The notes below the pieces were generated by a model. That model did no database searches, had not been told where the DNA came from, and saw nothing but the letters and a program-made list of their open reading frames with translations. Below are positions 18,163 to 27,100 of a DNA stretch of 28,531 nucleotides, one piece after another (the stretch's first letter is position 1; each line of letters opens with the position of its first letter). Position numbers and translations under genes: made by a program. The DNA comes from Capsulimonadales bacterium (GTDB lineage Bacteria > Armatimonadota > Armatimonadia > Armatimonadales > Armatimonadaceae), in NCBI GenBank assembly GCA_033762295.1, contig JANRLW010000065.1, forward strand, positions 1 to 28,531, in the 5' to 3' direction.

Positions 18163-18762
18163 TTACGGTTCCGTCGGAAGGGAAAGCCGTTCGATCTCCG
18201 CCTGCAGGTTACGGCGCGCCTGCTCCTCCCATCGACGAACCGCCGGTCGTTCGCTGTGGAAGAGGGACGAACGGGCGAGGAAGCGGTTCAGGACGGCGAT
18301 ACGGCCCCGGCGGTAGGCGTCGATGGGGACATGGGCGTACTCCTGACGGATCTGCGCGGCGTAGCGGCGGTAGGCGTCGTCCTCCGCGCCGAGCACCCGA
18401 AGGTCGGCGTCCAGCAGGGCCAGCATATCGAAGCGACGGTCGAACGGAACGTGGGTTTTCGTGGCGAGGATCAGGGTTTCGGCGCGGTCGATCACACGCG
18501 CCGGAATCCGGGCGTCGGCGAGACGATGGCGGCAGAGCGCCGCGCTCCGTTCCTCGTTATCGGTCCGTGTGGGATCGTAGACCGCGTCATGAAACAGGGC
18601 GGCGAAGAACAAGGGGGCGGGAATCTCCGGATACCCCCGTGCTCGGGCGGCGCGCCGGAGCAGGACGAGCATCCGGCGGAGGTGCGCGAACGTATGGTAG
18701 GCACGGTGCGGCTCCTCATAAAACGGGCGAACGGTGAGGAGCCACCGTGATCGATCGTCCAT
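18163..18762 (-). CDS. HD-superfamily metal-dependent phosphohydrolase (COG4339-like)
   Basis: YEEPHRAYHT, FHDAVYDP, DNEERSA, LLDADL, IRQEYAHV. Starts 1 bp after the aminotransferase stop. Confidence 0.9.
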   Translation of the reverse strand: MDDRSRWLLTVRPFYEEPHRAYHTFAHLRRMLVLLRRAARARGYPEIPAPLFFAALFHDAVYDPTRTDNEERSAALCRHRLADARIPARVIDRAETLILATKTHVPFDRRFDMLALLDADLRVLGAEDDAYRRYAAQIRQEYAHVPIDAYRRGRIAVLNRFLARSSLFHSERPAVRRWEEQARRNLQAEIERLSLPTEP

Positions 18763-18763
18763 G

Positions 18764-19885
18764 TCAGGTGCGAAGGAGTGTGTCCAGCGCGCCGATCAGG
18801 GCATGAACGTGGCGGGCGTCGGACCCGTGGCCCATCAGCCCGATTCGCCAGAGCCTCCCTTTCAGGTCCCCGAACCCGCCGCCGATCTCGATGCCGAACC
18901 CGGTGAGCAGGCGGGAGCGCAGTTCGGCGTCCTGCGACGCGAGACGATCGGGCAGAAGAACGGCGTTCAGGGTCGGGAGGCGATGGTCCGCCGGAGCCAG
19001 CGGAGTAAGGTCCGGGGCGATTCGTCCGAGGTGTTCCCAGAGCAGTCGGCTGTTGCTCTGATGGCGTTCCCACCGGGTTCGGAGTCCCTCCTCCTCGATC
19101 AGGCGAAGGGCTTCGAGCAGGCCGTAGTAGTTATTGACGGGGACGGTGTGGTGGTAAGCGGCGGGGCGGGCGTCCCAGTACGCATCGAGGAGCCGGGCAT
19201 CGAAGAACCAGGTCGGAAGCGGGGCGGTCCGGTTTTTGGCCTTTTCCCAGGCGCGTTCGGAGAGGGTGACGGGCGCGAGGCCGGGCGGCGTGCCGATACA
19301 TTTCTGGGTCGCGGAGTAGGCGGCATCGACCTCCCAGGCATCGACCTCGACCGGAATGCCGCCGAGGGAGGTGACCGCATCCATGACGAACAGTGCGCCA
19401 TGGTCCCGCGCCACCTGCGCGATTGCGGCGCAGTCGCTTTCCACCCCGGTCGAGGTTTCGGCATGAACGCAGCCGACAAGAGCGACTTTGCCGGCGTTTG
19501 CGCACGCCTGCGCCATCCGGGTGGGATCGACGGCGGTACCCCAGGGATGGTCGACCCGCACGACGTTCGCACCCTGGCGGGCGGCAATCTCGCACATCCG
19601 ACCGCCGAAGAAACCATTGACCCCGATCACGACCGTTTCGCCCGGCTCGATCAGGTTACTCAGGCAGAACTCCATCCCGGCCATGCCGGTTCCGGTGACC
19701 GCAAGAGTGAAGGCGTTGGCCGTTCGGAAGAGCATCCGGAGGCCGGACTGAATCTGGGCGAGAATACCGAACAGTTCGGGATCGAGGTAACCGATCGGCG
19801 GACGCGCCATCGCGGTGAGAACGCGCGGGTGAACCGGGGACGGCCCCGGTCCGAGCAGAAGTCGGGGTTCGGGCAATACGGGCAT
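18764..19885 (-). CDS. Class V PLP aminotransferase (alanine/serine--glyoxylate aminotransferase family)
   Basis: LLLGPGPS, VHAETSTGV, MDAVTSLGG, SATQKC (PLP lysine), WRIGLMG. GAGGA RBS. Confidence 0.95.
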   Translation of the reverse strand: MPVLPEPRLLLGPGPSPVHPRVLTAMARPPIGYLDPELFGILAQIQSGLRMLFRTANAFTLAVTGTGMAGMEFCLSNLIEPGETVVIGVNGFFGGRMCEIAARQGANVVRVDHPWGTAVDPTRMAQACANAGKVALVGCVHAETSTGVESDCAAIAQVARDHGALFVMDAVTSLGGIPVEVDAWEVDAAYSATQKCIGTPPGLAPVTLSERAWEKAKNRTAPLPTWFFDARLLDAYWDARPAAYHHTVPVNNYYGLLEALRLIEEEGLRTRWERHQSNSRLLWEHLGRIAPDLTPLAPADHRLPTLNAVLLPDRLASQDAELRSRLLTGFGIEIGGGFGDLKGRLWRIGLMGHGSDARHVHALIGALDTLLRT

Positions 19886-19948
19886 GTTGATCCTCTCGTA
19901 AAGCCCATTGGGTTTCCGGAGCGGGAAATCCTGCTTCGGTCTCTTTGG

Positions 19949-19984
19949 CCCGCCCCATCCCCCGGTTGCGAGGGATGAGGCGGG
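19949..19984 (-). terminator. 16-bp GC-rich hairpin without U-tract after the DUF1552 gene
   Basis: Minus strand CCCGCCTCATCCCTCG-caac-CGGGGGATGGGGCGGG with two G-U pairs, 9 nt after the stop codon. Confidence 0.55.
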
Positions 19985-19993
19985 GAGAACAGG

Positions 19994-21352
19994 TCAGACG
20001 ACCTGGAGACGGCCGGTGCTGTCGCCGAGGGTCTTGATTTGATCCGCCGGGACGCCGACTTTGTCCAGCATGGTAAGCAGGAGGTTGGTCATCGGGGTTC
20101 CGTTCTTGTAGCGGATATGTCGGCCGGTCTTGATGCCCATTGCCGCGCCGCCCGCGAGCAGCAGGGGCAGGTCATCGTGATTGTGGCGGTCGCCGTCGCT
20201 GATACCGCCGCCGTAGACCAGCAGGGTATTGTCGAGCAGGGAGCCGTTGCCTTCCTTGATACTCTTCATCTTTTCGAGGATGTAGGCGAGCTGTTCGACA
20301 TGGAAACGGTTGATCTGGCGAACCTTTTCCAGTTTTTCGGCGTTCATGCCGTGGTGGGACAGATCGTGATGTCCGTCCGGAATGTTGATCAGACGATAGG
20401 CGCGGTTGCTGCCCTCGTTGGCGAACATATAGGTGGCGATTCGGGTGAGGTCCGCCTGGAAGGCGAGGACCATCATATCGCCCATCAGCCGGATATGGTC
20501 ATTGAACTCCGAGGGAATTCCGGACGGGGCGACCATCTGCGTGTTCCCGGCGGCGCGTTCGGCGTTTGCCTTTTCCACCCACTGCAGGCGGCGTTCGACT
20601 TCGCGCACCCCTTCGAAGTACTCATCGAGTTTCCGTCGGTCCTGGGTGCCGAGTTGATTGCGAAGGGTGCGGGCGTCCTCCATGACGAAATCGAGGATGC
20701 TTTTATCGGTCGCCTGGCGCAGCGCGCGGGCCTTCTCGGTCTCCTCTTCGTCGCTGCCGTTGGTGAAAAGGCGTTCGAAGACGAGTCGCGGGTCGGTCTC
20801 CTTGGCCATCGGGGTGGCTTCGGTGCGCCAGGAGATCGTGTTGGAGTAGGCGCAGGAGTAGCCGCTGTCGCAGTCTCCGGCGAGTCCGCCGCGTTCGCAG
20901 CCGAGTTCGATCGACGGGAAGGGCGTGTGGCGTCCGAGGTAGCGGGCGGCGAGCTGGTCGGCGGAGATGCCCGCCTTGATATTCGCGCCGGACGTCTTGG
21001 TCGGGTGGCATCCGGTGAGCCAGGCGGCCGCGGAACGGGCATGGTCCCCGCCGCCATCGCCATGGGCGAATGCGCCGTCCTGGGTCAGACCGGTCAGGAC
21101 ATTGATCGAGTCCTTCACTTTGGCGAGCGGTTCGAGCGTTCGGGAGAGCGTGAGCGGTCCGTCCGCTTTCGGCGTCCATTCGCTCATATTGACGCCGTTC
21201 GGAACGAACAGGAAGGCGATGCGCTTCGGCGTCACGGCGGATTTCGCGGTCTGGGCCATCGCGCCGGTCGGCATCATCGCCTCGAGGAGGGGCAGGGAGA
21301 GGACGGTGCCTACCCCGCGCAGAAACGTTCGTCGATCAAGATGCTGGCTCAT
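19994..21352 (-). CDS. DUF1552 (HXXSHH) family protein with Tat-like N-terminus
   Basis: LDRRTFLRG, LPLLEAM, FVPNG, CDSGYSCAY, HHDLSHH, GSLLDNT, GDRHNH. Confidence 0.93.
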   Translation of the reverse strand: MSQHLDRRTFLRGVGTVLSLPLLEAMMPTGAMAQTAKSAVTPKRIAFLFVPNGVNMSEWTPKADGPLTLSRTLEPLAKVKDSINVLTGLTQDGAFAHGDGGGDHARSAAAWLTGCHPTKTSGANIKAGISADQLAARYLGRHTPFPSIELGCERGGLAGDCDSGYSCAYSNTISWRTEATPMAKETDPRLVFERLFTNGSDEEETEKARALRQATDKSILDFVMEDARTLRNQLGTQDRRKLDEYFEGVREVERRLQWVEKANAERAAGNTQMVAPSGIPSEFNDHIRLMGDMMVLAFQADLTRIATYMFANEGSNRAYRLINIPDGHHDLSHHGMNAEKLEKVRQINRFHVEQLAYILEKMKSIKEGNGSLLDNTLLVYGGGISDGDRHNHDDLPLLLAGGAAMGIKTGRHIRYKNGTPMTNLLLTMLDKVGVPADQIKTLGDSTGRLQVV

Positions 21353-21389
21353 TTTTCGTATCTTTCCCGTTCGATTCCTGACAATCGGA

Positions 21390-23768
21390 CTATTTTACCG
21401 CGACTTTGACGTTTGCCTTCTTCGGTTCCGGCTTTTCGACGCTTTTGTAGCGGAACGGTTCACTGGTGACGATGGTGGCGACGACCTCGGAGAACCGGTA
21501 GCCGCGTTTGCCGACCTGCTGCGCCATGGCGTCGATATTGCAGCGGTCGTGGACCTCGATGCCGCGTCCGAGCGCATAGGTGAGAAGCCGCTCGACGAAG
21601 GTCCGGGCGAACATCTCCTTTTTGCTCATCAGGTACTTGCGCAGTCCGGCGGAGCCGTCGAACGACGCGCCATCGGGCAGGGTGCCGGACGCGTCGATTT
21701 TGTCGGTGCCGTCCATCGTGCGCCATGCGCCGACCGCATCGTAGTTCTCCAGACCGAAGCCGATCGGGTCCATTCGCTGGTGACAGGAGGCGCAGGCCGG
21801 GTTGTCGCGATGCTGCTCCATGCGCTGGCGCAGGGTGCCGGTCAGAGGCCCCTTTTTATCGTCGGCCAACTGCGGAACGTTCGGCGGGGCGGCCGGAATC
21901 GGCGAACCGAGGATATTCTCCATCACCCACTTGCCGCGTTTGACCGGACTGGTCCGGTTCGGGTTGGACGTGACGGTCAGGATGCTGGCCTGGGTCAGGA
22001 TACCGCCGCGCTGACCGGTCTTCAGGGCGACACGTCGGAACTCCTGGCCCTGAACGTCACTGTAACCGTAGAAACCGGCCAGGGGACCGTTCAGGTAGGT
22101 GTAGTTCGAATCCAGGAACTCCAGAATGCTACGGTCTTCCCGGACGATCCCGGTGAAGTACATCTCGGTCTCGGTGCGCATCGCCTTGCGGACGGCTTCG
22201 GAGAAGGTCGGATACTTCTGCGGGTCGGGCGCGACGACCGACAGTTTCCGCAACTGGAGCCACTGTCCGGCGAAGTTTTCGGCGAGGGCGGACGCTTTCG
22301 GGTCGTTGAGCATCCGCTTCGCCTGGGCGATGAGGACGTCCGGGTTCCGCAGTTTACCCTGTGCCGCGAGGATCATCAGCGGTTCGTCGGGCATGCTGCT
22401 CCAGAGGAAGTAGGAGAGGCGGGTGGCGAGTTCGAAGTCGTTGAGGAGGCGTTTTTTGCCGCCGGTCGCCGGTTCCTTTTCGACCATGAACAGGAAGTTG
22501 GGCGAGACGAGAGCGGCGGTGACAGCGGTCCGGACGCCTTGCTCGAAACTGCCGCCGAGTTTGCGGGCGGCGGCGGCGACGCGAACGAGTTTCCCGACCT
22601 CCTCGGTCGTGACCGGTCGTCGATAGGCGCGCCGGGCGAACCGGGCCATGATCTCGCGGGTGGCGGCGTCCCTGGCGGTTTCGGTATCGTTGGTCGGACG
22701 GGTAAAGAGGATTCGTTTCTGGGCGAGGCTCGGCTTGACCGGGGCGGGGACGACGTTATGCGGTTCGATCTCCAGTTCCTGGATGATCAGATTGCGGTCG
22801 CCTTTCAGTTGCGGGTCGGTGCTTTTGTCATCGTAGTAGTCGTTGAGGAACCCGACCGTGACCCGCTTGCGTCCCGGTTGCTCGACGCGAACGCCGGCTT
22901 CGTAGACGCCGGGCTTTTTGATCCGGGCGGAGACGGTCGCCTGTCCGAACTCCTTGCCATCGAGGTAGAACGCCATCTTTGCGTTCTCCTTTCCGGCGTG
23001 CTGTTCGAATGCGCGGACGCGCACCAGGAACATCCCGGTGCCGTTGAAGTCGGCTTCGACGCCGGTCTGGCCGTTGCTGTAGAGCATGACCCCTTGCGCG
23101 TCGGGTGCGCCATCGCCGGTAAAGCGCGTGGCATTGAAGCGGACCTTCGTCGGCTGTCCATCCTCGGGTGCGTGGATCGCGGCGCGGGCGACCTTTCGGG
23201 CGGCGGCCAGGTACTTTTCGAGGAGTAGCGGCGAGACGGAGAGGACATCGCCGATGTTATCGAATCCGTAGCCGACGTCATCGTTCGGGAAGGCGTCGGC
23301 GGGCTTGATATCGACGCCGACGAGGTCGCGGATCGTGTTGTTATATTCGGCCCGGTTGAGGCGGCGCAGGGTAACGCGTCCCGGCTCCTTCAGGTCGCAG
23401 TCGGCTTTGGAGAGGGCGGTCTGCAGGTAGCCGACGATGGCTTCGCGTTCGGCGGGCGTCGGTTCGGGCATGCCTTTGGGCGGCATATGCTTTGAGGCGA
23501 CGGCGGTGACGACGCGATCCCAGAGTCCGCGCGCCTTCAGCGCCTGTGCGCCGGTCGTATATTCGTGAAGGGAGATACCGGCCGCGCCCTTATCGCCGGA
23601 ATGGCAGGAGACGCAGTACTTTTTGATCAGGGGCGCGACGTTCTTCTCGAACGTGGGGGTGTTCGAGGCGGGTTTTGCCTTCGGCGGGGCCGCGGCCGCC
23701 CCGATCACCAGGACGCCGATCGGAAGAACGGCCCCCAGCGGATGGAACGGAGTGAATCTTTTCCTCAT
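21390..23768 (-). CDS. DUF1592 family planctomycete-type cytochrome c protein (DUF1587/1595/1592/1588/1585 domains) with a CBM-like insert
   Basis: Signal peptide, two CxxCH motifs (CVSCH, CASCH), LRRLNRAEYNNTIRDL, ELATRLSYFLWSSMPD, TSPVKRGKW, DPIGFGLENYDAVG. Confidence 0.93.
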   Translation of the reverse strand: MRKRFTPFHPLGAVLPIGVLVIGAAAAPPKAKPASNTPTFEKNVAPLIKKYCVSCHSGDKGAAGISLHEYTTGAQALKARGLWDRVVTAVASKHMPPKGMPEPTPAEREAIVGYLQTALSKADCDLKEPGRVTLRRLNRAEYNNTIRDLVGVDIKPADAFPNDDVGYGFDNIGDVLSVSPLLLEKYLAAARKVARAAIHAPEDGQPTKVRFNATRFTGDGAPDAQGVMLYSNGQTGVEADFNGTGMFLVRVRAFEQHAGKENAKMAFYLDGKEFGQATVSARIKKPGVYEAGVRVEQPGRKRVTVGFLNDYYDDKSTDPQLKGDRNLIIQELEIEPHNVVPAPVKPSLAQKRILFTRPTNDTETARDAATREIMARFARRAYRRPVTTEEVGKLVRVAAAARKLGGSFEQGVRTAVTAALVSPNFLFMVEKEPATGGKKRLLNDFELATRLSYFLWSSMPDEPLMILAAQGKLRNPDVLIAQAKRMLNDPKASALAENFAGQWLQLRKLSVVAPDPQKYPTFSEAVRKAMRTETEMYFTGIVREDRSILEFLDSNYTYLNGPLAGFYGYSDVQGQEFRRVALKTGQRGGILTQASILTVTSNPNRTSPVKRGKWVMENILGSPIPAAPPNVPQLADDKKGPLTGTLRQRMEQHRDNPACASCHQRMDPIGFGLENYDAVGAWRTMDGTDKIDASGTLPDGASFDGSAGLRKYLMSKKEMFARTFVERLLTYALGRGIEVHDRCNIDAMAQQVGKRGYRFSEVVATIVTSEPFRYKSVEKPEPKKANVKVAVK

Positions 23769-24090
23769 GACCGACAGTCGTGCCTCAATACTTTCCGTTC
23801 AACGCTTCCTCGTTGACAGTCGTCATCCGGGTTCGGGCAGCAAAAAGTGTTCCGGATGCGGTGATTCCTCTCCTTATGATATCGCAGAGCGGTTGATGGT
23901 AACGCAAAAATGAGAGGCGGAGCAAAAAATATTTTATGCGGATAACACTTTTGGCTAAGGTAAGGAGGCAGACTTGCCGGTAAGTAGAGGAGAAACGATC
24001 CAAATAATTCGACTTTTAGCAAGCAGAGATAGTCGGTAAAATGTTCCGGGAATCGGAAAGTCTCCGAGCGTATTTTCTATTCGCTATTTT

Positions 24091-24110
24091 TACAATATTG
24101 ATCGAGGAAA
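24091..24110 (+). promoter_or_regulatory. Putative -10 box and RBS of the Rhs gene
   Basis: TACAAT at 24091-24096 in an AT-rich context. GAGGA at 24104-24108 before ATG 24117. Confidence 0.45.
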
Positions 24111-24116
24111 TGTTTC

Positions 24117-27100
24117 ATGGAACGTACGACAATCGGCCAGGGAGGCAGGAGGATCGCGAGGGTAGCAGGCATCCTGGCGGCGGTACGCGTGTTTGTTTTC
24201 CAGGTACTCGTTCTTCAAGTGTCGCCGCTCCATGCTCAGACAGCCAGTGACTGGACGGCAAGTATTTCCCCGGTCGGCAAAACAAGCGGAACGGCGCGTG
24301 CCATCAATGGAACGGCGACCGTCACCCCGGCCGACGGGAGTCCGTCGCTGGCAATCAAGGCGGAGACGATCACGGCCGGAACCGACGGGGAAGGCACCGC
24401 CCGGATTTCGACCGTGGAGTCGAAACTGCGAATCACTCTGACCTGGCGACCGAAAAACGGCGATTCCCGCCTCGATCCTTCCCCGAATTTCGCTTTGATC
24501 GAGTATCGGCGAAAGGTCGTTGCCGAAGCGGGTTCGGGGGCGACCACGATTTTCATTCGTCAGGATTCCTCTCCCCCGCCTCATCCGCCGTCCGAGGCGG
24601 AAGGGGAGGGGGACGCGAAAGTCGTTTTCAACGGACCGGAAGGGTTCCCGGTCGGCCCGCTGACGGCGGAAGCCAAGAGCCGAACCTCTTCCGAACAGGG
24701 GAAGACCACCGCGGAGACAACGGAGTTGCCCGCGCTCGACGTCAAAGTGGACCCGGACTGGAAGGTGGCGATTATCCCCGTCCGGTCCGGTCAGGCCGTG
24801 CTGGATTTCCCTTATGTTCTGAACGCCAACGCAAAAAGCCGGTATTTCTGTCTGGCGACCGGGTCACATGGCAGCAGCGGTGGCGGCCGTGCTTCGGTCA
24901 GTCTCGAATACCGGATCGGCCGCCTCGATATCGGTCGGCACAACGGGATGCTGGGGACGTCTATCGAGGGGAATCATTCCACTGCCGGACAAGACCCGTC
25001 CTACACCCGGTGGCTTCCGCTCACCTTCTCTCCCGTCGTCAGCACGATGCCGTTCCGGCGGGCCAACAACTCCCTGCCCGATCTGTGGGGCAATCTCCAC
25101 TGCGCCTACTCCCTCCGCGTTTTCCGGGAAAAGAACAAGGACGTAAACGGGACCGGGAACTACTACAGTTCCTATGACGGAAAACCGATCGTCAACACGA
25201 CGGATAAACCGCCCGCCTTCGTGCTCCTGGACGCGAACGGTGACCGGCTGGTATTCGGCCCCTCGCCGGGATTCACACCGCTCAGCAAGGATATCCGTTC
25301 GAAGTTCTCCTATGTCAACGGCGTGCTGACCCTGACCGACGCGGGACCGCCGGGTCGCCTGAAGGAACGGGGGGATTTTACCTATACGTTCCGCGATTTC
25401 CCGGACCCATCCGACCCGGACAGTGTCGAGCCTGCCGTTCTTCTCACGATCGCCGACCGCCTCGGAAATCGGCATACACTGACCTACGGAACGACCGGCC
25501 AGCCCTATCTGACCGTTACCGATAGTTCCTCCTCCCGTCAATTGCTATTCTATGCGCTGGACGGCGCGATTTTGCGAGTCGTCGCACCGGTTCTCTTCGG
25601 CACGGAACCGATCCTGCGGACCGAACTCGGATGGGATGGCAGGGGACATCTCACCTCTCTGCGCACCTTTGCCGGGAACGCGGCGACCCCGACGCAGACG
25701 ATGTCCTGGGAGTACGTTCCGGGGACGGACCGGCCGCAACGGGTTCGACAGAACGATACCGTTCTCGATTACGGCTACACCAAAGCCCCGTCCCGGGATG
25801 TTTTCGGGAACGACGTCTACCGCGTCAGCGCGATTTCCGTCGGGGATGCGAACGATCGGTCCAGTTCCGCCTCACCGTATCCGGGCGCGCCGGGGCCTTC
25901 GATCCGGGGGACGACCACCTACGCTTTCGGCTCCCATACGTCGTTTTTCGGCGGGATCGACGCGCGGACCAACACAATCACCGACCCGCGTGGCAAACAG
26001 ACAAAGATCACGTATCACTACGCCAATCCCGACGACGGGAACGACAACGGTGCGATCTCGGCGTTCGACCTCTATCCGCCGTCCTTTCAGGGCGCGACGG
26101 GTACCCCGGTCTACAAACAACGGTTTTTGCCCGACGTCACCGCGCCGACGGCGTCGAGCCTTACACTGCCCGGACCATCGGTCGATGCCGGCTCGGTCGT
26201 CCTGTGGGAATTCCTTCATAACGGGGCAACCGGCAGTCTGTCACAGGTACGAGATCCGCTACAACATATCTGGGCCTTCGGTTGGGACGGGCACCGTCTG
26301 CGTTCCGTTACCGATCCCACCGGATTGACCTGGAATGTCGATTACACCCCGCAGGGCAAAGTCTCCCGGGTCACCGATCCTGCCGGTTCGGTACGGTCCG
26401 AGATTACGTACAACCCCTTCGGTCAACCGAAGACCCTGAGAACCCCGGCCGGTCCGGGCGGGGTAACCACCCTGACTTACGACACGGTGACCGGCGACCT
26501 GTTATCCGTGGTCGAACCGACCGGGGCGAAATCGCTGGTCGGCCGCCCCGACGGCAATACCGGCGGAATTGTGCCGGGCAGCGCCTATGATGCGCTGGGC
26601 GATCCGCTGGCCTTTACCGTCTTCCCGGATACCGGCGATCCTCGAACGTCGTCGGCTCCGCTGACGCTGAGTTTACTCTGGAACGCGGACCAGCAGGTGC
26701 GGGAGGCGGGTCTGCCCGGAGGGCAACGACTGGTTCATACCTACGCCAACGGGGTCAGAATCCGGACGGAACTGTTCGCGCCCACGGGGGCGTTGCTCGA
26801 CCGAAAGGACTTTTCCTACGACACGCGCGGTCGCCTGTACCGAATCGCGGATTCGGTCGGCACGATGACACGCTACGAGTTCGACCTGGCGGATAACCCG
26901 GTCGGCCTGATCGACGGCAAGGGCAACAAAGTCACCGTCACCTATGGCAACCGAAATGAGGTGACGGCGGTAACAGGTGCGGACGGGGGCAGTCTGCTGT
27001 ACAACGCCGACGGTTCGGTCCGGCAGAGCAAGGACCGTCGCAACGTCACGACGGCCTTCGTGTACGACGCGGCCGGGCGGGTGACCTCGCAAACCGTGAC

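Noticed and set aside
1105..23228. Long antisense ORFs (1105-2661, 3392-5017, 5022-6305, 14972-16702, 17082-18737, 18734-19978, 20039-21409, 20967-23228)
   Set aside because: Shadow frames opposite well-supported genes in high-GC DNA, with no recognisable motifs.
24569..24612. C-rich/G-rich inverted repeat inside the Rhs gene sharing 13 nt with the 19949-19984 hairpin
   Set aside because: Explained by the coding sequence PLPPPHPPSEAEGEG. A short GC-rich match is likely chance.
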